A DNA stretch of 64,000 nt from a virus: the IMG/VR virus record IMGVR_UViG_3300037461_001096, positions 32,001 to 96,000 of that record; one strand, 5' to 3'. Within the stretch, counting starts at the first letter, position 1, and each line of letters starts with the position of its first letter. Both the position numbers and the translations under genes were made by a program. Of the stretch, positions 1 through 9,758 are shown piece by piece. The notes under the pieces are model-generated. The model was given only the letters and a program-made list of their open reading frames with translations, made no database searches and was not told where the DNA came from.

Positions 1-2268
1 CGTGTCCGCTGCTAGATGCCACGTTCCGGCTGCCAAGTGACCTGTATATTTCGTACGTAGGTCGTTGGCAAGCGTGACAATGGTAGCAAACCCACTGCTA
101 TATGCGAATGTTGCAGATCCGTCAGCATGAGTTTGGACATCGACGTCAATAAAATCATTTATAGCCGTTGCAACGGCGGTCAAAGTGGTAATACCAGTAA
201 GGGGAACTGGTGAAGCATCTACACCGTCAACCCGAAGTGCGAGATAATCGCTCGAGGCGAATGTCATAGCACCAGGGCTTGAGACTGGGTCACTAAGTAA
301 TTGAGCCGCGAATCCAGTGCTCAAGTCCACGCTGACTGGACTGCCATCGACGACAACACTTCCGAACGTGTCGGAATATGTGTAAATATCATATGGTCCA
401 GGACTGCTGTTAGAAAATGACGCATGCGTCGCCGGAAGTAATGAACTGTCAAATGTAACAGTAACAGTCTCCGCGACCGGTGTTCCACCGTAGTGAATAG
501 CGTCCGGAAGACTTTCAACCCCAGACGGCCACTGAATTGTTTGAGGCAAGTTATTTTTCGCGCCAAAGCGGACCTCGTGTGCGGGATTCCCATTGGACGC
601 AGCAGTAACAGAGAATTTTCCAATCCCACTTGGGCCCGAGGCTAGGCATGTAAGAACATACTGTTCATCAACGATTGTGTTATACCAGAACGTTGCGTAT
701 GCATTGTAATCAGCAGGAACTGGGTTCTTCAGTGTTACAAGACCAGTAGCCGATTCCACGGCCATAACAGAAACAGCCGGGCGAGAGTATGCATCTCGGA
801 ATGTTTTGCCAACATACACTGTCACCAGATCAGGGCGATTGGTTGGTAAGTCTATACGACCATTCGTTATGGTCTGATACAAAGATGTCCCAAGGGGCGT
901 GTCACGACCGTTTCCAGTCGTTGGGGCAAGAGGGAGCACGAACTTCGTAGTAGATACCGCGTATGTGACTGGGTCGGAATAGCGCGTACACTCTGCGCCA
1001 TATATCCGATTGTCAACTAGTAATCCGTAGACTTGCGTTGAATCGAATGATACACTGCCAGTTTTCGTACCGCTAGCGACCTGGAACGCAGTTCCCCACT
1101 GGATAGTAGACTGATCGCCATTGTTAACAACAACAAAATCCAACCCATTGACGTAGTCACGTCTTCCAGGCGCAACTCCGACGTTCCCAACCGTGATGAC
1201 ATTACTATTCGGTAGGTAGTCAAATGTATCCTGGAATGTATTGAAATAGTATTGAATTGTTACGACAGACCCGGCCTTCGGGGCAAACGGAAGTGTGACA
1301 AGCCTATTTGCTCCGTCAACTGCCGACGCAATGACTTGAACGCCGTTTACCATCACAACAACCTTCGAAGTATCAGTAGTTGTGTAGCCGCCGTCAAGAC
1401 CATCTACGATTGGACCATTGAAAACACGGAATGTAGAACTGCGTCCTGTGTAATCACCCGGATTGAACCCAAGAGCGGTAGACGCGTTTGGGCTATTGGT
1501 TGAAATTCGAAGGTTGCTTTGTGCAGCTAGTTGCACATGATCATATCCCTGAGCATCAGTATGGACAGATGCAGACAATCCAGTAACGGCAGCTGCCGTA
1601 ATATCATTTGCTACCTCAGTTGCAGTGCGGCTTCCGCCGGCAATGGTGACGCTTACGGGGGTTTGATCATCCAAGATCAAATATAAGATGTCATTTGACC
1701 CAGTTGTGATTTGGTAAGGCTCTGCTTGAGGAGCAATAAGAGTCGCCGCACCGTCTGTGACCTGGGATGAAACGTCGTCCGTCGTTCTTGTGTCTTTTCG
1801 ATGAAAATAATAATTAACAGAAACTTGGTCGGTCGGATTGGGGGCTAGGAGCAATGACACAATTCCATTTGTCCCGTCAAGCTGTGAGACCACAACTTGT
1901 TGCCCATTCACAGTTACTGATACTTTCGACGGGTCGAAAGTAACCCTTCCGGCCCCGTTACCGTCTACGACCGGATAGTTTCTTACTCGGAACTTTGTTT
2001 CCGAACCAGTTTGGGAGCCAAGAGTAGGATTAGTGTTAGACCCACTCACAACCCAACGGCCGGAAGCATCTTCCCCAAATATTGGGGTGTCGGCAATACT
2101 ACTTGACCCTCTAATGATCTCAAAGTCAGTTTGAGACAACGCTTCTTTACCAGTTCCAATGAGAACTGGAACACGCAAACCGCCGAGAAGTTGGCCAACA
2201 GAAGGTTCCGAAGTGGTTCGGGTGTAAACGCCCGGAGGCGCGTAGGTACTAAACGGTCCGATGCCCAT
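1..2268 (-). CDS. Tail sheath protein (runs off the left edge; absent from the ORF track)
   Basis: ATG at 2268 after SD TAAGGAG. Hand translation begins MGIGPFSTYAPPGVYTRTTSEPSVGQLLGGLRVPVLIGTG, the YxxPGVY start typical of contractile sheaths. Only the start was translated by hand; the frame appears to stay open to the window edge. Confidence 0.8.
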   Translation of the reverse strand, partial: MGIGPFSTYAPPGVYTRTTSEPSVGQLLGGLRVPVLIGTGKEALSQTDFEIIRGSSSIADTPIFGEDASGRWVVSGSNTNPTLGSQTGSETKFRVRNYPVVDGNGAGRVTFDPSKVSVTVNGQQVVVSQLDGTNGIVSLLLAPNPTDQVSVNYYFHRKDTRTTDDVSSQVTDGAATLIAPQAEPYQITTGSNDILYLILDDQTPVSVTIAGGSRTATEVANDITAAAVTGLSASVHTDAQGYDHVQLAAQSNLRISTNSPNASTALGFNPGDYTGRSSTFRVFNGPIVDGLDGGYTTTDTSKVVVMVNGVQVIASAVDGANRLVTLPFAPKAGSVVTIQYYFNTFQDTFDYLPNSNVITVGNVGVAPGRRDYVNGLDFVVVNNGDQSTIQWGTAFQVASGTKTGSVSFDSTQVYGLLVDNRIYGAECTRYSDPVTYAVSTTKFVLPLAPTTGNGRDTPLGTSLYQTITNGRIDLPTNRPDLVTVYVGKTFRDAYSRPAVSVMAVESATGLVTLKNPVPADYNAYATFWYNTIVDEQYVLTCLASGPSGIGKFSVTAASNGNPAHEVRFGAKNNLPQTIQWPSGVESLPDAIHYGGTPVAETVTVTFDSSLLPATHASFSNSSPGPYDIYTYSDTFGSVVVDGSPVSVDLSTGFAAQLLSDPVSSPGAMTFASSDYLALRVDGVDASPVPLTGITTLTAVATAINDFIDVDVQTHADGSATFAYSSGFATIVTLANDLRTKYTGHLAAGTWHLAADT

Positions 2269-2397
2269 GGCTGCTCCTTAGGAGTGGTGATCTGCGTGTA
2301 AATATGACAACTTGCATGATCTGCGTATCATTCTGAATGTGGCATAAAGGCTTCATTAGAAGCTCTGATTTTATCGTTTCAATAGAATAGAAGGCTA

Positions 2398-4320
2398 TTG
2401 ATGCTGACACCATTACCGAACCAAGATATCCCGTCTAAAGGATCGTCCCGTTTAGTGGACTTTGCATGCTCGTGTGGACAAACTGCTAAGAAACCATGGA
2501 AGGCGTTCATATCAGGACATGTGAATAGTTGCGGAAAATGCAAGGTCGTCAATGCAGATGAATGGCGTCTAGCAAAGTATGGAAAACTCTGCATGCAAAA
2601 TCCCATTGACATCCATGCAAAATCCCACAAACGCGTTGCATGGATATGCGATTGTGGGGCAACGGTTGAATTGCCCGTGGTACAGGTCACATCCGGAAAA
2701 ACATCATCCTGTGGAAAATGCCACCTAGTCTTAGCTTCTGAAGCTGCAAGCATGAAGTTTGGACTCCTACGGCTAAAGCACCCGACGAACCTATCACGTG
2801 GGTCACATGTTAAAACCACTTGGGTTTGTGACTGTGGGAAAGAAACGGTGGCTGAGATCGGGAATGTGGTTCGGGGACTCACAAAATCATGTGGGAAATG
2901 CTCAGTGCTGGCAGCAGATCATTTCAAAAAGGAAAAATATGGAAAATTAAGAATGAAACAGCCTGCGGCTTTCCATCCAGGTTCAGAACAAGAAACCACT
3001 TGGGTTTGCGACTGTGGGAATGAGTTAAACACACGCGTCGGATATGTAGTATCTGGACAAATGAAGTCATGTGGATGGTGTAATGCCGTCAATGCTGAGC
3101 CGACGCCTAAATATGGTAAATTGCGGATGAAGGATCCGGCTAGATTTAAACCGGGGTCTCACGTCAAAATAACTTGGATTTGCGACTGCGGCGGAGAAAT
3201 TGTTGTACCAGTATTTAATGTGACACGAAAACTCACAACAAGCTGTGGTCGATGCCATGAGAGGGCCATGGAGTGGTATACCTCAAATAAGGGAATAATA
3301 AGAGCGCTACGCCCGCCAATATCTTGCGATCAAGTTCCTTCCGGCTTCTTGCGTGTGCTTGAACCAGTTTTAAACACTGAAAAACCTTTCTTGGTGGTAT
3401 GTGGAGCATGTAAGAATGAGTATAAACCGTCATGGGATAACATTAGGAGAGGGCATTCCTTAACATGTGGATGCTGCACGCATCGTATATCTCGTGGTCA
3501 GTCAGAATTGGCTGATTTTATTCGATCCTTGGGTGTAAGCGTTGTAGTAGAACAACGAATTGGGGACTTAACGTATGATATATCGGTGAAGTCCAAAAGT
3601 ATTCTCATTGAATATAACGGACTGAAATGGCACCAAGGTCAAAGTGGACAACGAAGAGATATGATAAAATATCGGAACGCGTTGGCTCATGGGTGGAAAT
3701 TTATTTCAATATTTGAAGACGAGTGGATCTGGCAAAGGCCAAAGATCGAATCCGTCGTCAAACATAAACTAGGGCTTTACAGCCCCATGTCCGTTAGGCC
3801 GTCCCGGTGTAGCATACAGTTAGTGCCAGCCAAAGAGGCTGATGAATTTTACGAAAAACACCATTATATAGGTCGTGCAAAAGCTCCCATTAATTATATA
3901 GTACGTTATAATGATAATCCAGTGGCTTGTATGTCGTTCAGTCACCCAACTAGACAGTCAAAGTATACTTGGGAACTCGTGCGCATGGCTTCTTGTCCAA
4001 ATGTTAGGGTGCACGGAATATGGTCCAAGTTATTCCGTAATTTTGTGGCAACTAAGGAGCCACAATCTGTGGTTAGCTTTTCCGACAACCGTCTATTTGA
4101 TGGGGGTGTTTATGAACGCCTCGGGTTTAAATTAGACGGAGAGATTCCAGCGGATTATTATTGGTGCAAGGGACAGCGGCGCTGGCATAAAAGCGGACTT
4201 AGAAAGACCCCTGAAGAACGTGAAAGCGGTTTGACAGAGTTTGAGCTTCGTACAGGGCAGGGGTACTTCCGCGTATGGGACGTCGGGAAAAAGAGGTGGG
4301 TGTGGACTTGTCCAGGTTAA
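2398..4320 (+). CDS. Hef-like homing endonuclease: Zn-ribbon repeat array + Vsr/DUF559-like PD-(D/E)xK nuclease + Mom-like GNAT domain (copy A)
   Basis: 5+1 CxCG...SCGxC repeats; nuclease motif EQRIGDLTYDI...IEYNGLKWH...IFEDEW; C-terminal HHYIG...WELVRMAS...SFSDNRLFDGGVYERLGF...VWDVGKKRW. Confidence 0.75.
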   Translation: MMLTPLPNQDIPSKGSSRLVDFACSCGQTAKKPWKAFISGHVNSCGKCKVVNADEWRLAKYGKLCMQNPIDIHAKSHKRVAWICDCGATVELPVVQVTSGKTSSCGKCHLVLASEAASMKFGLLRLKHPTNLSRGSHVKTTWVCDCGKETVAEIGNVVRGLTKSCGKCSVLAADHFKKEKYGKLRMKQPAAFHPGSEQETTWVCDCGNELNTRVGYVVSGQMKSCGWCNAVNAEPTPKYGKLRMKDPARFKPGSHVKITWICDCGGEIVVPVFNVTRKLTTSCGRCHERAMEWYTSNKGIIRALRPPISCDQVPSGFLRVLEPVLNTEKPFLVVCGACKNEYKPSWDNIRRGHSLTCGCCTHRISRGQSELADFIRSLGVSVVVEQRIGDLTYDISVKSKSILIEYNGLKWHQGQSGQRRDMIKYRNALAHGWKFISIFEDEWIWQRPKIESVVKHKLGLYSPMSVRPSRCSIQLVPAKEADEFYEKHHYIGRAKAPINYIVRYNDNPVACMSFSHPTRQSKYTWELVRMASCPNVRVHGIWSKLFRNFVATKEPQSVVSFSDNRLFDGGVYERLGFKLDGEIPADYYWCKGQRRWHKSGLRKTPEERESGLTEFELRTGQGYFRVWDVGKKRWVWTCPG

Positions 4321-4420
4321 GTCCTTGTGCACCAAGCAAAATGCTTCCTTATTTCAATTTGTTAGATGGAGTAATAACCGTCTAATTCTAGACTTGAATG
4401 AAAATTATTATGCGGGGAGC

Positions 4421-4837
4421 TTAATCATTAGGTTTAGATTTTCTTGCAGCATTGAAAGCCTGAATTGACTGCTCCCGAAGTTTTAGTCTCTCAGGAGAAG
4501 TTGGAACCACATTGTCTCCAACTTGTGTGACGGCGTGCTGCCCGGACTCCCGACGAATTTTGTCACGTTTCTCCTTTTTTTCATGGAAGTTCTTCCACTT
4601 TTCAGCCGAAGATCTCCCAACAGCCTTATCTAATGTAGGATAGTCTAAATCGTGAGAACCGGACTGACCTGGCGTTCCAGTGAATTGAAAATTTGTTGAT
4701 GACAAAACGCGCCTAGCGATGGCGTCGCATGACTTACATGGGTAAGCATGTCGATAAAGCTCAGCTTCCTTGAGGCTTATAAACACCTCTTCAAACATCG
4801 ATTCACAAGCGTCGCATATATATTCATAAGTAGGAAT
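4421..4837 (-). CDS. FmdB-family zinc-ribbon protein, probable ATT start
   Basis: Extending the frame upstream of the tracked ATG (4798) gives (M)PTYEYICDACESMFE...CKSC, the FmdB signature. ATT at 4837 lies 7 nt after AAGGAG. Confidence 0.75.
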   Translation of the reverse strand: MPTYEYICDACESMFEEVFISLKEAELYRHAYPCKSCDAIARRVLSSTNFQFTGTPGQSGSHDLDYPTLDKAVGRSSAEKWKNFHEKKEKRDKIRRESGQHAVTQVGDNVVPTSPERLKLREQSIQAFNAARKSKPND

Positions 4838-4853
4838 GGTCGGGCTCCTTGTA

Positions 4854-4877
4854 ATGTGACATTGACAAATGTCACAT
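4854..4877. promoter_or_regulatory. Perfect 10-bp inverted repeat (operator or hairpin)
   Basis: ATGTGACATT-GACA-AATGTCACAT in a divergent intergenic region. Confidence 0.5.
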
Positions 4878-4921
4878 GTTGTTAAATCAATTGTAACTAT
4901 ACTTAATAGGAAGTTTGAGAT

Positions 4922-5473
4922 ATGATTGGTATCAATTTTAAACTGAAGTTAACACTTTTTACATGCATCATTGCCTTTATGGCAAATTCAACCGGACGTT
5001 TAGAATCGACTGAACAACCTAGACTGGCTAAATATTCCAAACTAACTAGATATCCTAAACAAGTCTTTTGGTTGGCAGTAAATGGTGCAAACAGTATTGA
5101 ATTTGTTGAAATCCTAAAAGCTGCGAAGTCTTGGGAACAGGCGACGAATGGGATTATTTCATTACCAGTCTACCTAGGGAAGTCAAAAATATCGGAGTCA
5201 ACAGTATCTATACAAATGATAGACGATATTCCTAACGATGTCAATGCTGACACATGTGCAGACATTGATACTGCCACATATAGGCACATTAGAGTCTTCA
5301 GGTCTAGGTCTAAAGATTATCTATCCTGTTTTGTAGCACACGAAATTGGACATGTACTACGGAACAGTCCAACACACGATAAAACTGGGCTTATGTCAAG
5401 TTATGTAGAAAGTTGTGATATAAGCCCAGAACTCGCGAAGCAAGTAATGACACTTACCAACGCTAGTCTTTAG
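4922..5473 (+). CDS. Matrixin-like (metzincin) zinc metallopeptidase, probably secreted
   Basis: Hydrophobic N-terminus; AHEIGHVLRNSPTH zinc motif followed by Met-turn GLM. Confidence 0.7.
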   Translation: MIGINFKLKLTLFTCIIAFMANSTGRLESTEQPRLAKYSKLTRYPKQVFWLAVNGANSIEFVEILKAAKSWEQATNGIISLPVYLGKSKISESTVSIQMIDDIPNDVNADTCADIDTATYRHIRVFRSRSKDYLSCFVAHEIGHVLRNSPTHDKTGLMSSYVESCDISPELAKQVMTLTNASL

Positions 5474-5530
5474 CTCACACGAAAAACCAAATAATCCAAT
5501 TTTAGAATCGATCTATTTCGTCATTACTAC

Positions 5531-5881
5531 TCAGTCCTTTAGCATCCTTGTCATCTCTCTCAGTCCATCAATTGTTGCTGTTTTCATGCACCACATCCAA
5601 CCCTGAACAAAACCGAGCCATCGTGCGGCTTTTTGTTGATCATCCATTGACCGAATCTGTTCAAGCATCCATAACACGTGTTCTACTTCTTCCTTTATAG
5701 AGCCAGTGAATCGTGGTTCTTGTAGCAGATATGATTGCATTTGCTTGGCGCAGAGATCACGTTTCCCGTCCCTGAGTGTACTGAACCGCTCCCTAATTAC
5801 AGTGTCCATTGCGTCCGCTAGCCTAGTATTCATGGTGTTATCCTTAAAAATCTGGGGTCTCTTACGATGCGCACTAACCAC
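5531..5881 (-). CDS. Phage hypothetical protein
   Basis: Contains EHVLWML...KAARWLGFVQG, a motif familiar from small phage proteins; start uncertain. Confidence 0.6.
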   Translation of the reverse strand: MVSAHRKRPQIFKDNTMNTRLADAMDTVIRERFSTLRDGKRDLCAKQMQSYLLQEPRFTGSIKEEVEHVLWMLEQIRSMDDQQKAARWLGFVQGWMWCMKTATIDGLREMTRMLKD

Positions 5882-5986
5882 ATAATAGTTACATTTACAT
5901 TAGTGTCGGAGTTTCTTTTCTTAGAAAAACGAAAATGATCAAACCATAATTATATCTTAATTAAACGAACTCTTCGTTATTGTCTA

Positions 5987-7198
5987 TTATCTTATACGTG
6001 GGAAAGTGATCCTGCTTCCTATTGTTGTGGACATCCCGGCAACATCTATCAGGTTCCCAATTCTTAGTAGATCCAGAACAAACGATCCATCTGCGTATCC
6101 CTTAACTTGTTCTTCGGCCTTGGACGTTTGTTCAATGCGGAAGTTTTGTATAGGCAGAGGAATATATGATTCCCAATCAGTCCGCAATGTCATTGAAACA
6201 GCGCTGTCATAAAAATAGTCATCAGTTTCTGCGTTATAAATTTCTTCGGTTTCACCTCCAGGTGACACATCTAACAATTCTAATCCTTCAAACCCCCAAG
6301 CATGCTTCTTATCCATGATAGCATGGACAACATAATCCGAGAGTTTCTCCCTATCTTCAGAATCTCGGGAAAAGATTGTTAAATCAAAGTGAACTTCAAA
6401 TTTCCCGCCAAAAATTTCAGCAACGTCCACTCTGTTCTCTGTGATGACAACAACCATTTTATCACAGTCTTGTGCCCTATCCCCGAATGCCAATACGACT
6501 CCAGGGATGGCGTCAACATTGTACTTCTCTAAATCGTAGTTGAAAGGCCCGCGCTCGGGAAGGGTATACCTATAATCGGCGTCGATCGTTGCACCAGGTG
6601 GAAGTGTTTTCAAGAAGACAATACGCCCACTGTCCCAATCGACGTCATAATCCACATCTTGAAGCAAAGGTCTCCTACCGTTCAGCCAAAGCTTCATAGC
6701 CCCGTTATATAACGGTAAATTGGTTATTTGGGCTTCATCACCGGCGGGATCTGACATAATAAGTAGGGGTTCGCCATTCACAGTTGGATACGGTTTTACT
6801 GTGAATGTCCCAGGAATACTCCTGCCTCTATCAGGGACACTCTTAATTTCTATGAGATACGCCCCGGGAGGACTCGGAAATATATCCCTGCGGGGGGATA
6901 TCTGTTCTAATAGTGAAAAATTCTCACGTGCCCATTCAATAGTTGTTCCAGGCCAATCATTATAATTAGTAAGCATAACGAATGACGAATGCCGGCCTAT
7001 ATAATCATTTGCAGAAAGACCGACTCTATCGGCTGATGTTCCACTAACCACAATCCCACGCTGTGGTCTTTCTTTGAAAGAAAATTTGTTTACAACATTC
7101 TGTGAGTCGTTTCGATAGCGTGGATGTTCGTATAAGATTTGCCGGAGCTCTTGAATGATCCTTTTTTTAGTGGCGTTCGTAAGCCATGTCATCATCAT
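5987..7198 (-). CDS. Virion structural protein (tail completion/terminator-like)
   Basis: 403 aa in the late operon; Ig-like QDVDYDVDWDSGRIVF segment; FDLTIFSRDSEDREKLSD terminator-like segment. Confidence 0.5.
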   Translation of the reverse strand: MMMTWLTNATKKRIIQELRQILYEHPRYRNDSQNVVNKFSFKERPQRGIVVSGTSADRVGLSANDYIGRHSSFVMLTNYNDWPGTTIEWARENFSLLEQISPRRDIFPSPPGAYLIEIKSVPDRGRSIPGTFTVKPYPTVNGEPLLIMSDPAGDEAQITNLPLYNGAMKLWLNGRRPLLQDVDYDVDWDSGRIVFLKTLPPGATIDADYRYTLPERGPFNYDLEKYNVDAIPGVVLAFGDRAQDCDKMVVVITENRVDVAEIFGGKFEVHFDLTIFSRDSEDREKLSDYVVHAIMDKKHAWGFEGLELLDVSPGGETEEIYNAETDDYFYDSAVSMTLRTDWESYIPLPIQNFRIEQTSKAEEQVKGYADGSFVLDLLRIGNLIDVAGMSTTIGSRITFPRIR

Positions 7199-7207
7199 GG
7201 GACAAAC

Positions 7208-7435
7208 TCACCGCGTCCGACGTTTTTTCTTGCTACTTACGGATGCCTTAGAAGTTGAATTTGTGAGTGGGGCTGCTTCGGGGGCTGCTTCGGGGGCTGC
7301 TTCGGGGGCTGCTTCGGGGGCTGCTTCGGGGGCTGCTTCCTTGTCTAATGCGATCTTTCCCTGTCTGTTAAACAGGTCAATCTCAGTTAAAACATGGATG
7401 CTAACACCTTTGAAACTATCCATACTACCGCTCAT
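7208..7435 (-). CDS. Small protein with (EAAP)6 repeat and basic tail
   Basis: Fills the gap in a co-oriented operon; ends SKKKRRTR. Confidence 0.55.
   Translation of the reverse strand: MSGSMDSFKGVSIHVLTEIDLFNRQGKIALDKEAAPEAAPEAAPEAAPEAAPEAAPLTNSTSKASVSSKKKRRTR
7268..7339 (-). repeat. 12-bp tandem repeat x6 (GAAGCAGCCCCC)
   Basis: Directly visible; encodes EAAP x6. Confidence 0.95.
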
Positions 7436-7452
7436 TAATAAAGGATTCAGTT

Positions 7453-8118
7453 CTATGTAAAACGTTTTGTCAATATAGTTTCCAATTCGGTTGAAAATCT
7501 ATTTGAAATAGCATCATATAGACGATCCATAAAGTCACCCATAATACCCTGAAAAGCATTTTTCGGAAGCTTGATGCCAAATTTTCCGGTTGACACTGAT
7601 CGCTCTATTGTCAGAGCAAGCTTTCCGTCATCAGTTATACTCATACCGTGTGGGTTTTCTATACGTTTATCATTTAGTTTTTTCCTAGCATCAAGTGCAG
7701 GGTATCTAGCGTCTTTAATTCGATGCTTGGCGTCAAAAGTAGACTTACGCGCGTCCACTTGGGGTGTTCGCAAATCACGAACGATGCGTCGGGGGCCTTC
7801 CATACCTATTTCGAAAGATTTTGTCACGCGATCTAGCATTTGTTTACGAATTTTTGAAGCCTCAGACCTAATGGCATTCATCGTCTTCTGATCTGTTGCT
7901 ACAACTCTGGAAGAATCGACGATAATTTCAAACAAAACAGAGTCACCAGCCACGTGCGAGTATACCTCACATTGCTTTAAACGTTCTGACACACCAGCGT
8001 CATCTAGTGTTTGTTTCAGCGCAATCAAACCGTCTATAGCAATTTTCTCCATGATGCCGTCCATAGCTCTATTCATAGCCGCATGGAGCGTTGTGGAAAT
8101 TTCACCAGGCATGGCCAT
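7453..8118 (-). CDS. Hypothetical virion/neck-associated protein
   Basis: 221 aa, translationally coupled to the upstream gene; internal DARK/DARY repeats. Confidence 0.5.
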   Translation of the reverse strand: MAMPGEISTTLHAAMNRAMDGIMEKIAIDGLIALKQTLDDAGVSERLKQCEVYSHVAGDSVLFEIIVDSSRVVATDQKTMNAIRSEASKIRKQMLDRVTKSFEIGMEGPRRIVRDLRTPQVDARKSTFDAKHRIKDARYPALDARKKLNDKRIENPHGMSITDDGKLALTIERSVSTGKFGIKLPKNAFQGIMGDFMDRLYDAISNRFSTELETILTKRFT

Positions 8119-9443
8119 TAACGGGTTTCATTCGAAAATGAAACTGTGTTGCCGCGTTCTTGACGTCCGGCAGAAACTTGAGTATTATCAGTTATCATCG
8201 GGGTTGCCTCACCATGATCAGGAATTATATACCTCGTTTTTGGATAGGAAAACGTGGCCGGGTCAATGGCTGGGACTTTATACCGAATATCTGGATCATC
8301 CAGTTGAGATATAATAAAAAACTGCTGTAGACGCATACCACGATTACTTGGAGTCCTCACCGGTCCAATGCCGAATCTATCTCCGTTCAGCTTCAAAATA
8401 AAATCACGCTGTGATAGAAGTGGACTTGGGCCAGTCCAAGTCTCATATTGCTTATTCATTGTCCTACCACGCATATCCTGCTTATAACCCATTTCCGCGT
8501 CGTCGGGGGCTATCGTGATGTCGTAGGGACCGTCATACCCACCAATAAATCCTGTTCCGAAGCAGGTGTCACAATTTGATTCTGGCTGACCGTGCAGGTC
8601 TGATTGACACCCACAAGAGACCCCGGCATTCTTCTTTATGAAGACCTTTACCCTTTCCCCACCCTGGTCCAGTATCCAGTGGTTCCTACGTATGGCTTCA
8701 CGCCATATGTAATTCAGTTTTTCTATCTCGTAACTATCGCATTTTGCCCCATCTTCGATCGGCGTCTCAAGTAGACTCCCATCTTGTGCATAAGCCACAG
8801 TTGTGACTCTATAAAAAATCCTCTTATCAAGCGAACTTGGGATCTTGTTATCGGTATATCGATAACTGGCCAGCACTATGCTACTGCCATCAACTTCAGG
8901 AAGAACTGCCGGGATCATTTTCTGACTGATAACGTCGAAAGAATCCTCCCTCGATAAACGCACAACTCCGTTAGCAGCGTCAAGCCAGTCCACAACACCA
9001 GGTTGTCCATCGACAGTTACACGCATATTCATTCGAACACAATTCAGCCCTCCAGGAATTGGGTCTATAATTATTGGACTGTATTGTGTTTTGAACAGGA
9101 AGTCCCCATTTGGGGCAGTTCCGGGGCCATTCGGAATGAAATTGGAAGACACGTCCTCTTGCAAGACGACCTTAGTCGTCGACATATCTCTCCAGAATAG
9201 AGCTCCGACAGGAACGGCGTTTATCCTATAAAATGGCCCATATTCGGATCCAAAACTTCTGTAAATGTTTACGCCAAGTATATTAAAACGTCCATTCCCG
9301 GGAAGTTCAGCCGGGCCCGACCATCTAACATCATAAACATTACGGGCCGTCCCGGATAGACAGAAAGCTTGCAATGGAGCAAGCGGGAGGCTTGGCATAA
9401 GCCGCTCTCGCGGGTCTAGCTTCCTGTCTCTCGGCCCTGGCAT
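8118..9443 (-). CDS. Head completion/neck protein with FN3-like N-terminus and Zn-finger insertion
   Basis: GVNIYRS FN3-like motif; GERVKVFIKK...CGC...CDTCFGTGFIGGYDGP; structural-operon context. Confidence 0.55.
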   Translation of the reverse strand: MPGPRDRKLDPRERLMPSLPLAPLQAFCLSGTARNVYDVRWSGPAELPGNGRFNILGVNIYRSFGSEYGPFYRINAVPVGALFWRDMSTTKVVLQEDVSSNFIPNGPGTAPNGDFLFKTQYSPIIIDPIPGGLNCVRMNMRVTVDGQPGVVDWLDAANGVVRLSREDSFDVISQKMIPAVLPEVDGSSIVLASYRYTDNKIPSSLDKRIFYRVTTVAYAQDGSLLETPIEDGAKCDSYEIEKLNYIWREAIRRNHWILDQGGERVKVFIKKNAGVSCGCQSDLHGQPESNCDTCFGTGFIGGYDGPYDITIAPDDAEMGYKQDMRGRTMNKQYETWTGPSPLLSQRDFILKLNGDRFGIGPVRTPSNRGMRLQQFFIISQLDDPDIRYKVPAIDPATFSYPKTRYIIPDHGEATPMITDNTQVSAGRQERGNTVSFSNETR

Positions 9444-9444
9444 T

Positions 9445-9750
9445 CTAGCCTCCTGGCGATGCTTTCATTTGAAATGGATCCGGCGGTTGCTGTGGCTGCT
9501 GAGGCCTAATCACAACCGTGTTGTTATTGATTGTGCTAACATCACAATCTTTAACGTCAATTTCCTGAGTCTTCAAATCCTCCAATATGGCAGATTTCTT
9601 AAAATCGTATAAACCACTAATTTGGGCTTCAACTTCACGCAGTCTCATTGTTAGCTGTCCCAACTGAACAGACCAAAACATGATGGAGTTATCAATTTGG
9701 GTAATCTTTATAGAAGTTTCTTCTTTGAGTTTAACGGTTTTTGATTCCAT
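9445..9750 (-). CDS. Hypothetical coiled-coil protein
   Basis: 101 aa co-oriented ORF. Confidence 0.55.
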   Translation of the reverse strand: MESKTVKLKEETSIKITQIDNSIMFWSVQLGQLTMRLREVEAQISGLYDFKKSAILEDLKTQEIDVKDCDVSTINNNTVVIRPQQPQQPPDPFQMKASPGG

Positions 9751-9758
9751 ATACGACG

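Noticed and set aside
321-2200. Short tracked ORFs at 321-629, 1017-1223 and 1252-1503
   Set aside because: They are shadow frames inside the partial tail sheath gene (1-2268).
4854-4877. Palindrome as a CRP site
   Set aside because: TGTGA and TCACA are 12 nt apart, not the canonical 6.
7268-7339. Tandem repeats here and at 38145-38196 as possible CRISPR arrays
   Set aside because: No spacers; the units are in-frame coding repeats; no cas genes seen.
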